Source of the DNA: Naegleria gruberi
Taxonomy: Eukaryota
NCBI GenBank assembly: GCA_000004985.1
Contig: GG738910.1
Strand: one strand, 5' to 3'
DNA length: 64,000 nucleotides
Both the position numbers and the translations under genes were made by a program. Below the pieces are notes generated by a model. It saw only the letters and a list, made by a program, of their open reading frames with translations, made no database searches and was not told the origin of the DNA. Every line of letters starts with the position of its first letter. The stretch's first letter is position 1. Shown here in pieces: positions 21,434 through 31,170 of the stretch.

Positions 21434-22384
21434 TTAATTTAACGAACTTGTGTTGTAATTATCATTTTCATCATCAGATCCATCATCAGATTCAGAGTAA
21501 TACGGTACAGATTCATCATTTTCATCTGCTGTGCAAAGAGTTATTCTGCCTTGCCTTGCTTCATCATAAATTTGCTCAATTTCGGCTGCTGACATCTCGG
21601 CACCTCTTGTTTTATGGTTATAATTGATATGATACAACTTAACTCTTTCTGCTTCATATTCCAACAATGAAACAGTTTTATAATCTTTCTGGCTTGAAAT
21701 AAAATTGTTTTCCACCAAGTTGGCATAGAGGCCTTGGTCCTTATTGAATAACATTTGGATGATTTTGCTTCTGCATGGGTGAGAATGTAGTTTCAGATTA
21801 CTAAATTCTGAGTTGTTGTCAGTATTGAATTTTGGGAGATTGTCAAGAGAGCTACTAAGAACGTCTCCAAAAATGGAATAGATCACATATGTCTCACCAT
21901 ATGAAAACCAAACTCTGTCTAAATGTAATTGTACATTCTTGTTGTTTTTGAAAAGAAACTTGGATCTGTGTACTTTCATTGGATAGGTGAAACAAAAGTA
22001 CTCCATACTTTGGAACCTGACATAATCTGTATCTGATTCTTCAATTCTTGTCTCTGAAAAACTAATTGGGTAAATTTCATTTCTGTATGCAGACGATTCT
22101 GCCAGAGTTTCATTTGTTTTAACAGAAAAACCCATTTGTTTCCCTTGATGTTGCACTCGCTTAATCCACAACTTGTGGTTCATGAAATAATTTCCTGGAG
22201 TATCAAAGAAAGCTTCCTCAAACTCATCATATCCAACAAAATATAGATTGGGACGTAACAGCTTTTTAAAATCCTCTCTTCCCATCACAAACGAATACTT
22301 TACACGAACCTTCTCGGCACTGTCAATACGATTTGTTGCTGCCTTGAATAGAAAGTCAGGAAAAACAGAATATTCCAGCACCAA
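21434..22384 (-). CDS. hypothetical protein (acidic C-terminus; possible CYTH/triphosphate-tunnel-like, very tentative)
   Basis: 316-aa ORF. The frame is open upstream without an ATG. The first in-frame ATG (MGREDF) is at 22285, so the true start is uncertain. Confidence 0.35.
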   Translation of the reverse strand: MVLEYSVFPDFLFKAATNRIDSAEKVRVKYSFVMGREDFKKLLRPNLYFVGYDEFEEAFFDTPGNYFMNHKLWIKRVQHQGKQMGFSVKTNETLAESSAYRNEIYPISFSETRIEESDTDYVRFQSMEYFCFTYPMKVHRSKFLFKNNKNVQLHLDRVWFSYGETYVIYSIFGDVLSSSLDNLPKFNTDNNSEFSNLKLHSHPCRSKIIQMLFNKDQGLYANLVENNFISSQKDYKTVSLLEYEAERVKLYHINYNHKTRGAEMSAAEIEQIYDEARQGRITLCTADENDESVPYYSESDDGSDDENDNYNTSSLN

Positions 22385-22602
22385 AGTTGCTGTTTTGTGG
22401 TTTGAAACTTTCGACTGGCAATAAGTTACGAACTCGGCATATGGAGGAGGCCTGTACTATTCATTTTTTTTCTTCATGTATTGCTGGAAACTTGAGGCTT
22501 AATCTCAAACCTTACTCAATTGTTAAACAATTCACAACTAAGCGGTAGATTAAGGACTTGTTTAATTATAAAAAGGAGTAAATGTCGACTGACATGTAAA
22601 TA

Positions 22603-24401
22603 TTAATGTTCACACAAGGAAAATTCTCTTTCATATTGTTCGTTTTTGTCATCTCTCTTATACTTTCTGTGATCCATGAGAATTTCACGAGTTTCATTTG
22701 CTTGTTCCTCAGTCATTTGTGGAATGAAGGGAATGACATTTTTCACAAGCACTGGATAGGTAATCTTTTGAGCTAACGAGAAGGAATTTGAAATAATGAC
22801 ATCTCTTCTCTGATTATCAATGTGACTTGTTGAGATAATTGGTGCATCTGGATCAACAAAGAAAAAGACAAGGATTTTTCTAGTTGCTGTCTTTTTTGGG
22901 TCTTCAGGGAAGAAATGTTTCACTCTGTGTTGATTTGTATTTGGGAAAATGATGCATTTACCTTCAGTTGTCTTGACCTTTCCAATTACTTCACATAATT
23001 TGTCTCCGTCATGAATCTGAATTTCCAATTAATTTCCAAAATAAAAAGTCAACTTACACCAAATCGTTCCCAAGCTTGCAAAACATTATCCTGTTCAATG
23101 TAATAAAAGTTTTCCTCACGTAACGATTGTCTAAATTCCAAGAAACTTTGCTTAATATTTTGACATTCATAATAGAAAATGCCAGTTGCCACAATATTCT
23201 CAGTATCTCCCTCAGTATGCCAAGTTCCTCCTGGATAGAAACCTTGTTCTGGAGTGACAATTACATTAGCTGCCTTGACAATTACTTGAACCTTATCCTT
23301 AATGTTAACAAAATTGTTGACAGGTTCAATAAAATGTGATAAGACTTCACAAATGGTATCTTGCAAATCCTTTTGAGTAATTGGATTAACATTGTTAATA
23401 TAAGATAGAGGAGTAACCTTATTATCACTATCCACTTTGAAATCAGTTGGTATCCATTGAGTTTCAGCAACTCCAACACGAACTTCACCTTTCTTTTCAT
23501 TCAAAACACTCAACTCTTTCGAATAGCAATACAAAGAAGGATGAATAATATCCAAAACTTGTTGATTTGAACCTGGATGCCAATCTAACTTGTCAACTGG
23601 AGTATTTTCCACAATTTCGTTCAATTGTTTCTTTAACCTTTCAGTCAAATCTGCAGGAATTAAATTTTCCTTTTCGAGACAAACATAGCTTGAAACACCT
23701 CTTTCATCAAATGCACAATGGGCACAGGGACACAAACAGAATTTTGTAGATCTTGGGTAATAACCTTCTTCTTCTTCTTCTTCGTCATCTTCAATTATTT
23801 CGTCATCATCTTCAATCACTTCGTCTTCATTTTCATTCATTTCGTCTTCATTGTCTTCATCTTCCTCATTTTCGTCTAGTTTCTTTTTAATTTTCTGGTC
23901 AGCATTACCTTCTGCTTTCTTTTTTTCCTCCTCTTGAACTTTCTTCTTTTTCTTTTCAGGTTCTTCTTCAGTACTTTCGAATAATGTTTCATTCTCATCA
24001 ATTGTCTTCTCCTCTCTATCACTCCAATTTTTAATTTTCTTTGGATTGGCATTGCAACAACCACAACAACGTTTCCTATAGGTAGAAATTTCAAGTAAAT
24101 CGTTCAAAATATCCATCGCTACGAGGAAACTACTTTCGGATATTCCTTGTGAAATAGTTTCCTTTCTCCATTTTGCAACAATGGTATTGAATATGATCTT
24201 TTCTTGCCAATTGTCCTTGTCTAGTATTTGGCGAACAATCTTTTCGGCATCTAGTGGATTGACCTGAACTCTTGGATGTCTGTGTGAAATAAATTCTTCT
24301 TCCTCTTGAGAAGATTCTTCAAATTCTTCTTCGTCTTCTTCGTTACCAGAGATTTGGCTGGTTGGCTCTTCTTCGGTATCGCTGAGTGATCGTTTCGACA
24401 T
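22603..24401 (-). CDS. two-exon gene: exon 1 24401..23058, 41-nt intron 23057..23017 (GTAAGT...TTCAG), exon 2 23016..22603; acidic E/D-rich N-terminal region with Cys clusters, C-terminal 2OG-Fe(II)-oxygenase-like/DUF4246-like region
   Basis: The GTAAGT donor directly follows ...WERFG. Splicing joins it in phase to IHDGDKLCEV...IIFPNTNQHRVKHF. Without splicing the protein ends at GVS*. Confidence 0.5.
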
Positions 24402-24479
24402 TTTTTTGTGGAATTTGATGAGAGATTCTCACTGATTAGTATCTGTAATTACAATGGTGTGTATTTTAAAAGTACATGT

Positions 24480-26732
24480 TTATTGGATAACACTCTCAGT
24501 CTTGTGTGTAACTGTTACTCCTGCCAACACTTTGGAAACAAATTGATTTTCAAATTCCTTCATTCCTAAATAATGGGTCTTGTAGGTTGGTGTTTGTTTC
24601 AATCGACTGAAAGCTTCAATTAGTTGGAAGGTTACTATACTGGTGAATTTCTTTTTCCATTCAAGATTGTTTGCGACAATTCCCTGATGTTGTGTTGGAG
24701 GAAATTTTGTGGATGATTCCTCAATGACTTGCTCAAGTTTTTTCAAATTAGTTTCAACACTTTCTTTCAATTTGAATGAAGTTGACCCTACATTAATAAT
24801 ATTTTGAATAACATAATATGAGAATGTATCTATCATTTCCTTTTCGGTAAAGCTATTGTTATTGTTAATAAAAAAGTATATTTCCAATAGTTCAGCCCTG
24901 AATTCGGCTGTTAAAAATCTTTTCATAATATCTACACATGGTATTTCATCAATAGTGTTGGCAAAGAACATTTCCATTTCTGATTTCAATTGTTTCAATC
25001 CTTCAAATTCAATTGCTGGTTGGTGATATTCATGCCAGTAGATGAAAAGTAAATAACCTGGCTCGAAACAAACTAGACATACTTCGAATATTGTTTTGGA
25101 AATACCGTACATTGCATATCCAACAATATGGGTGGCTAACATGTTGGAAACTGGTAAAAAGAACTTGGACATATAATTATTATTGATCCAACTAAGTAAA
25201 AAGTACAAAACTCCAGAAATAGCTGTAATAATTACAGTAAAAAATTCAGCATGATATTTAAAAGTATCATCATAAAGGAAATACCACTTGACAACTTGAA
25301 CAAAACTTCCCAATTGTTTGATAATAACTCTATTTGCCAACAAGTACAGAACTGTTGAGCCAAGACTGAGAATAATCATAACAGCAAAGGCTGCAACTGT
25401 TAAATAATCTAAAACGTCATTCTTAATACTAAAATCCTCAATGTCAGACGCCAGATAAATCACAATAATTTCAATTCCAATCACCAAAACAGAACAGATA
25501 ACGTAGGTGAATTTTGAGGATATAAATCTAAACCAAAAAGTTTCCTTCCTTTCAGATTCATAATATTTCTTATAAAACCATCTAGAAAGAAAGTATCTAA
25601 CTGTTTGTAGGGTGTACAGAGAAAATACCAGTATTAAAATGGCAGTCATTACAAGATTCATGTAATAATTGTCAGCTAGTGCCACTACAAAACCAAACCT
25701 CAAAGAACTGGCAATGAAGAATAGAATTGTGGAAAAGTACGGTGAGAAGAATCTCGATTGAATGTATCTATTCTTTCGAGCAATAATGAGCATTATGAGA
25801 AGACCTACACAAACAAGGGCTACAATAAGACATGATATACCCTTCCATATATTATACAGTGGTCTGGTTTGGAAATATGCAGAATCACAGTCCGATTCCC
25901 ATCCATGTGATTGAATCAATTTGAATGTTTGTGACATCTCAAATTGCTGTTCCTCTAGTATAAATGATCTTGAATAAGATTGATTGTTAGAATATTTTAC
26001 AAACTCCTGTAGTCCAATACTCCTCTTAAAAACTACTTGTACCATTGTTTCATTGTCCAAACCAGGTAGTAAGGTACTGTTGATTCTGAGATTGGTCATC
26101 AACTGGAGTGGAGTAAAGGTCAATTGTTCTTCCTCGTGTGTATACCTACTAGTGTTGGAACCAAATATAACATTCTCCAACTGAGACGGCTCACACTTTT
26201 CCCAATATGTCTCATTCTTAAATTTAACACACGTTGAATATGAATACCCTCCAAATGTATCATAATTTCTCGGCTCATACACAATATGATTACAGAAAAA
26301 GTAATAAGGAACATTAATAAACATTCCCTTTGGTGTGAATGAAGGAGATTTTGCTGCTCCCGATACTATAAACGAAAATCCTTGACAAATGAATATTCTA
26401 TCAATGGTTGATGAGTAAAGTCTGAAATCCATACTCGTCAAATTTGTTCCTGTTGTTGAATGGGACATGTCCCACTCTACTCTTACTTGACCATTCACCA
26501 TACAATTTCTATTGCCATCTCTAGCCTCCACTCCTACAATAAAACCCTTACTATTACCAATCAGCCCTCCAATTATTATTATATATATTAAATAACTAAA
26601 TATCCAATTATTATTATTATTATTACAATTATTATTCTGCTCAATATCATCATCACCATGCCTCTCATTATTATTATTTACTTCTATTCTACATTTAAAA
26701 TTCTTCTTATTATGATAAGTATGATAACACAT
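24480..26732 (-). CDS. multi-pass membrane receptor-like protein: signal-anchor, about 250-aa extracellular domain, 7 or more TM helices, C-terminal cytosolic domain (RGS-like, tentative)
   Basis: 750-aa ORF. Hydrophobic segment pattern after residue about 290. Poly-N N-terminus. Confidence 0.45.
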   Translation of the reverse strand: MCYHTYHNKKNFKCRIEVNNNNERHGDDDIEQNNNCNNNNNNWIFSYLIYIIIIGGLIGNSKGFIVGVEARDGNRNCMVNGQVRVEWDMSHSTTGTNLTSMDFRLYSSTIDRIFICQGFSFIVSGAAKSPSFTPKGMFINVPYYFFCNHIVYEPRNYDTFGGYSYSTCVKFKNETYWEKCEPSQLENVIFGSNTSRYTHEEEQLTFTPLQLMTNLRINSTLLPGLDNETMVQVVFKRSIGLQEFVKYSNNQSYSRSFILEEQQFEMSQTFKLIQSHGWESDCDSAYFQTRPLYNIWKGISCLIVALVCVGLLIMLIIARKNRYIQSRFFSPYFSTILFFIASSLRFGFVVALADNYYMNLVMTAILILVFSLYTLQTVRYFLSRWFYKKYYESERKETFWFRFISSKFTYVICSVLVIGIEIIVIYLASDIEDFSIKNDVLDYLTVAAFAVMIILSLGSTVLYLLANRVIIKQLGSFVQVVKWYFLYDDTFKYHAEFFTVIITAISGVLYFLLSWINNNYMSKFFLPVSNMLATHIVGYAMYGISKTIFEVCLVCFEPGYLLFIYWHEYHQPAIEFEGLKQLKSEMEMFFANTIDEIPCVDIMKRFLTAEFRAELLEIYFFINNNNSFTEKEMIDTFSYYVIQNIINVGSTSFKLKESVETNLKKLEQVIEESSTKFPPTQHQGIVANNLEWKKKFTSIVTFQLIEAFSRLKQTPTYKTHYLGMKEFENQFVSKVLAGVTVTHKTESVIQ

Positions 26733-26889
26733 GCTGAATATTATTATTCTTATTAATGATGACTATTCAGTGTTTCAAATAGAATGGTTGTTCATTCAGG
26801 ACTGTAGTGAGCGCTTTTTTGTTGTGCATGTTTTGGTGGTGAGGCTGTGGACTTTTTCGGTCTCCAGTGGTTTGTTTTTGTTGGTAATA

Positions 26890-26898
26890 TTTGGCGCC
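26890..26898. promoter_or_regulatory. TTTGGCGCC E2F-like motif
   Basis: One of four GGCGCC-core motifs within 1 kb upstream of the cyclin gene. Confidence 0.3.
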
Positions 26899-27299
26899 AC
26901 GAGTTGTTTTTCTGTGGTTGATCTTGACCAGTAGGGTTTGTTGTTGTTTGATTAGAGTTTCAATTTAGAAAATAGCTTTAAATTCATCACGGAATTGTTG
27001 AAGAGGAGGTTGAGCATTTTCTTTTGATGTTTGAATTTGATTGAATGAGACTATTGGCAGAAATCGATCAAGTTGAATTGACTACTTAACAAATGGAATC
27101 AACTTTAAAGATTTCCCTCCTAGTATAGCAATCTATTGGAGCGTGAAAGAGGCTGCTTCATTGTACCCATGTTCAAGCAATTAAGTTTCTTAATATTTCT
27201 CTGAACCATCCTCAAAACTCCTTAATTCTCCTGGATAGTGGAGTTTGATCAATCGTACAAGGATTACTCCCTTAATATAGCTCTGCATTTCCATCCCAA

Positions 27300-27334
27300 T
27301 TTGGCGCCAATAACAGTAAAAAAAATGGCGCCAA
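27300..27334. promoter_or_regulatory. two E2F-like motifs, palindromic TTTGGCGCCAA (27300-27310) and ATGGCGCCAA (27325-27334)
   Basis: Palindromic E2F consensus, paired 25 bp apart. Confidence 0.3.
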
Positions 27335-27857
27335 CAAGTAGAGTTCCATTAACTCTTCAGACAAAAACTTTCGAGTTACCATCATACAATGATTGTATCA
27401 ATATTATTCCAGAAAGTCTACTACAATGTTCTTTTAAGTGTTTGTATTAAATCTCAACAACCATCAAAAAGTCTCAACATTTTTCCTTTCTCACCAATTC
27501 AATGAAGAGATTTTCCCAAATATTCAAAATAGAAAAAATCTATTAATAATCTTATTGTTTAGAATTGTTTCCAACACGTCACATAACATGACCATTTGTG
27601 ACATTTTTAATGTTTGATTGCTTTGTAAACTTTCAAGAATCCATTAATAGTGAGACAGAGATGAAAATATTCAATATCAACAACGTTACTAACAAAGCCA
27701 TTGCTTTATCCCACTTTCCAATGGCTCACCACCACAACAATATTATGAACAACTCTCTCAGGCACAATACCGTATTTCAGCTGTACTTCCCACCAAAATC
27801 ATCATCGCTACAAGGATGCCTTCAATTTGATAATGTGTGTTCTACTTCTCATCTAAT

Positions 27858-27867
27858 AAGGCGCCAC
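27858..27867. promoter_or_regulatory. AAGGCGCCAC E2F-like motif about 165 bp upstream of the cyclin ATG
   Basis: GGCGCC core. Confidence 0.25.
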
Positions 27868-28023
27868 TGGAACCTGCTAATGTGTAGCCAACGATTCGAG
27901 TACGTGTTGACAAACGTGGCTGAGTGCGAAGTTGTTTCTGAAAGGAGAAGGGGATCGCAACAACTTTGCTGTTGGTCATCATTTAAAAAAAAAATTGCCG
28001 TACAATTTTATCCGCAAAGTACA

Positions 28024-29108
28024 ATGGCAAGACAACAACGAACCAATTCTTCGAAACAGGGAGGACGCAGAAGAAGATATTCCAATGATGGGGACTCGAG
28101 AGAGGAATATAGCAGCACTACAACAACAACAAATAATGGTGTTGCTCATACTAATAACACTACTTCAGTTGCTGCTGCTGTGAGTTCTCAAGCTTATTCT
28201 TCTAAAAAGTCTGAAGATTGTAAGGGAACTTCTCCTGCAAGAGATGTTGGCGTTGTTCAAAATAACAATTCCACTATTAATAATAATAACAATAATACTA
28301 CCACCACTACTTCCCAATCATCATCAATTCCTTCCTCTACAACAAATTCTTCAACCACCTCCACTACTTCTAAAGATGAAGTTATCCCAGCTAAACTCTC
28401 CCAAGAAAATTCATATTTTGGATTAAACCAAGATGAATTCATCAATGCCTTCTCTTCTGTAATTCAAGAAATTTCATCACAAGGAGACATGATCCCTATT
28501 GAAGCCCAACAAAAAACACAATTCCACACCTCTCTTCCACCAAGAATATCACTTCGTAAATATTTGGACAGAATTATCAAGTTTGCTTTCTGTTCTGCTG
28601 AATGTTATATTCTCAGGTATGTTGTTTCAACGAAATTCATAATTATTCATCATCTTTCTACAGTCTTGTATATATGGATAGGTTGGTACAATCGAATCCT
28701 AATTTTGTGATTAGCAGCTTGTCTATTCATCGTTTACTCATCACCAGTATTATGGTTGCTGCCAAGTTCTTTGATGACAAGTTCTATAGCAATGAATACT
28801 ATGCCAATATTGGTGGTATCAAGAAGGAGGAAATTAATAAGTTGGAGATTGAATTTCTCTACATGATTAACTTTTCTCTCCACTTCCAACCACCTGAATT
28901 TGAGCAGTATAAGGAAGAGTTTATTGTTGCTCCAGCCCTCAGAGAGAGAGCTCTCAAGAAACGAACAACAGCTGTTGGTTCTTCTAAACAGTACTCTGTG
29001 GGACAATCACATCATAGTTATGGTGATGAAGTGAGCATTGAGGAATCATGTATATCCATATGTTCAGAACAACAACAATATCCACGACATTCGTCTCCCA
29101 TCCATTAA
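28024..29108 (+). CDS. PHO80-like / U-type (P-type) cyclin, two exons: 28024..28616 and 28664..29108 (47-nt intron GTATGT...CTACAG)
   Basis: The spliced protein reads ...RKYLDRIIKFAFCSAECYILSLVYMDRLVQSNPNFVISSLSIHRLLITSIMVAAKFFDDKFYSNEYYANIGGIKKEEINKLEIEFLYMINFSL, matching the cyclin-U/PHO80 core block. The start ATG at 28024 was chosen as the first Met of the conserved part; the ORF extends further upstream. Confidence 0.75.
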
Positions 29109-29281
29109 CTTATTTGAATAAATTATTTTCTATAGTTTATTCTACTCTATCCATACCTTTATTCTGCAGCACATGGCAGATAAATTCACTGAATTCGTTA
29201 TCTTCCTCCAACCAAGTGGTGTGAAGAAACTATTTTAAATTATTTAAAATAAAATTAAAATCGAATTCAATCAAATAAAAA

Positions 29282-30094
29282 ATGCAACAAGACAAAGACA
29301 TCACAACACCACCAACAACAACTACATCGGAACAAAAATCATTCAATACAAAAACATGGTCGAAACAGGTGATTAAAAAAACAAGTTATGGAGTAGGAGT
29401 TGGAGCATTGATGGGATTAACATTAGGCTTGCTCAGGAAGAGGTTCAATGCATCCTCTTTTCTCAACAGATGGTCTATTGGAGTGAAACCACTGAGAATG
29501 TCAGAGACCGTAGTGACTACAGGATCCGTGCAACCTCCAACATCCATTTTCAATACGACAGTTGCATTGGCAGGAAATGTAGGCATTAGTTGCTATGTAT
29601 ATTTTAGTGTCGAGGAATACCTACACCTGAGCAACCTTATACCTTCGCAGTTTATTTCACACTTTGTGACTGCATTTGGACTATATTCGAGTATAACATT
29701 TTTCAAAAGGTTAATGCTGTCAAATGCAGGTAATAAGGGATTGGCAGTTCCTTATTATTTATTGAGATCGATGGCAGGTGGATTGGGAGCAGGTACTGCT
29801 GCCATGTCTCTTTCACTATTGGGGCTATACATCGAACACAGAATTCAATTATACAAACTCAAGAATAATCTTACTGCTGATGAATACAGAGAAATGATGG
29901 GAATTTCTAAGGAAGAAGAAGAGAAAACCTTCATGGCTAAAATTGAGGAAAGACTTCCTGTGTGGTTAACTGTCCCATCATCTCAAAACAGAAATGCATT
30001 GGACGAAATTAGAAAGTATCACTCATTGAGGTCAGTTGAGATTACAACTCTGGATAAAAAATCAAAGGAGGAGAAGGAAAATCAAGAAAATTGA
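29282..30094 (+). CDS. hypothetical membrane protein with glycine-zipper segments (GVGVGALMGLTLG; AGGLGAGTAAMSLSLLG)
   Basis: 270-aa ORF with an AAAATG start. Confidence 0.35.
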   Translation: MQQDKDITTPPTTTTSEQKSFNTKTWSKQVIKKTSYGVGVGALMGLTLGLLRKRFNASSFLNRWSIGVKPLRMSETVVTTGSVQPPTSIFNTTVALAGNVGISCYVYFSVEEYLHLSNLIPSQFISHFVTAFGLYSSITFFKRLMLSNAGNKGLAVPYYLLRSMAGGLGAGTAAMSLSLLGLYIEHRIQLYKLKNNLTADEYREMMGISKEEEEKTFMAKIEERLPVWLTVPSSQNRNALDEIRKYHSLRSVEITTLDKKSKEEKENQEN

Positions 30095-31170
30095 ATGTTG
30101 CATAACCTTGCAATAAAAACAGATGGTTCTGGAATTTATTCAAGTACTAGGATTGATAACCATCTGTAACAGGAGAACAAGCCACGGTTGGCCAACCATT
30201 TGTGTCACCTTTCGCAAGCTTCGTATCGTTCAATAAATCGTAGAGTGTATAACTCAACGATGGCGACAAGGGAAAACTGAGCTTAATATAGGCATTCAGT
30301 TTTGGTGTTCATCCTTATGTGGAATATACAATCAGACATTTGGTGGTTTTCGAACATTTTTTAATTGCCAAATTCCAAAATGGATACATTTCACGTATTT
30401 GTTAATGTATTATACAGTTACTGACTTATAACCAACTTTATAAGGTCGGTTTTTGGACAGGGAGAAGTCTCCATAATCAAGCCAATTGGAGACATTTAAG
30501 GAAGCAGGAACTGGACAGTGAGATTCTTATCACACCTTGATCTGGCATTGAGTTTTTAAAATTGAGGAACATATCCCAATGTCGTAGATATGAATGACAT
30601 CGCCTTGTCTATTATTGTCAAGGTATTAAGGGTGAAAATAACCTCACTGTAAACATAATGGCACTGATAGATGAATTAATGTTGTGCTATTTGGCTTTTC
30701 TCTAACATGGACTACACAATCACTGTACCATCACCAATTAAATCACTAGATCCTTAATGGACTACCTTAATGCTGAGTTGGAGTCATTGAATATTCTTCA
30801 ATTGATAGCGAATATTCATTCAATTGAAGAAAACACATCGAAAAAAACTCTCAACATAATCCCATCAAGCGAACGTTGGTTGTACACGACTCTTTCCTTA
30901 ATATAACCCTCAAGCGTGAAAAGAACACATTACTGGCATTCCATTAACAGCTTTAATCAAATCTGGCCATCCCCCTTCGTACATATTTTGCACAACACCA
31001 CACAGACACAACTGCTTCCTAGCCACAACACAACAAAAAAAACAACAATAACCTAGCTTAATAGAGAATCTTCCTTATTATCCAAACACAAACACATACA
31101 GCTTGATCAATTGAAAAGCGACAAACAGTGTTTAATTACCTCCCTGTATCATTTCCTTACCACAGAATAC

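Noticed and set aside
27238-27450. 70-aa ORF containing ATGGCGCCAACAAGT (MAPTSRVPL...)
   Set aside because: It is short with no homology. Its ATG is part of the GGCGCC motif, so it is treated as a regulatory sequence rather than a gene.
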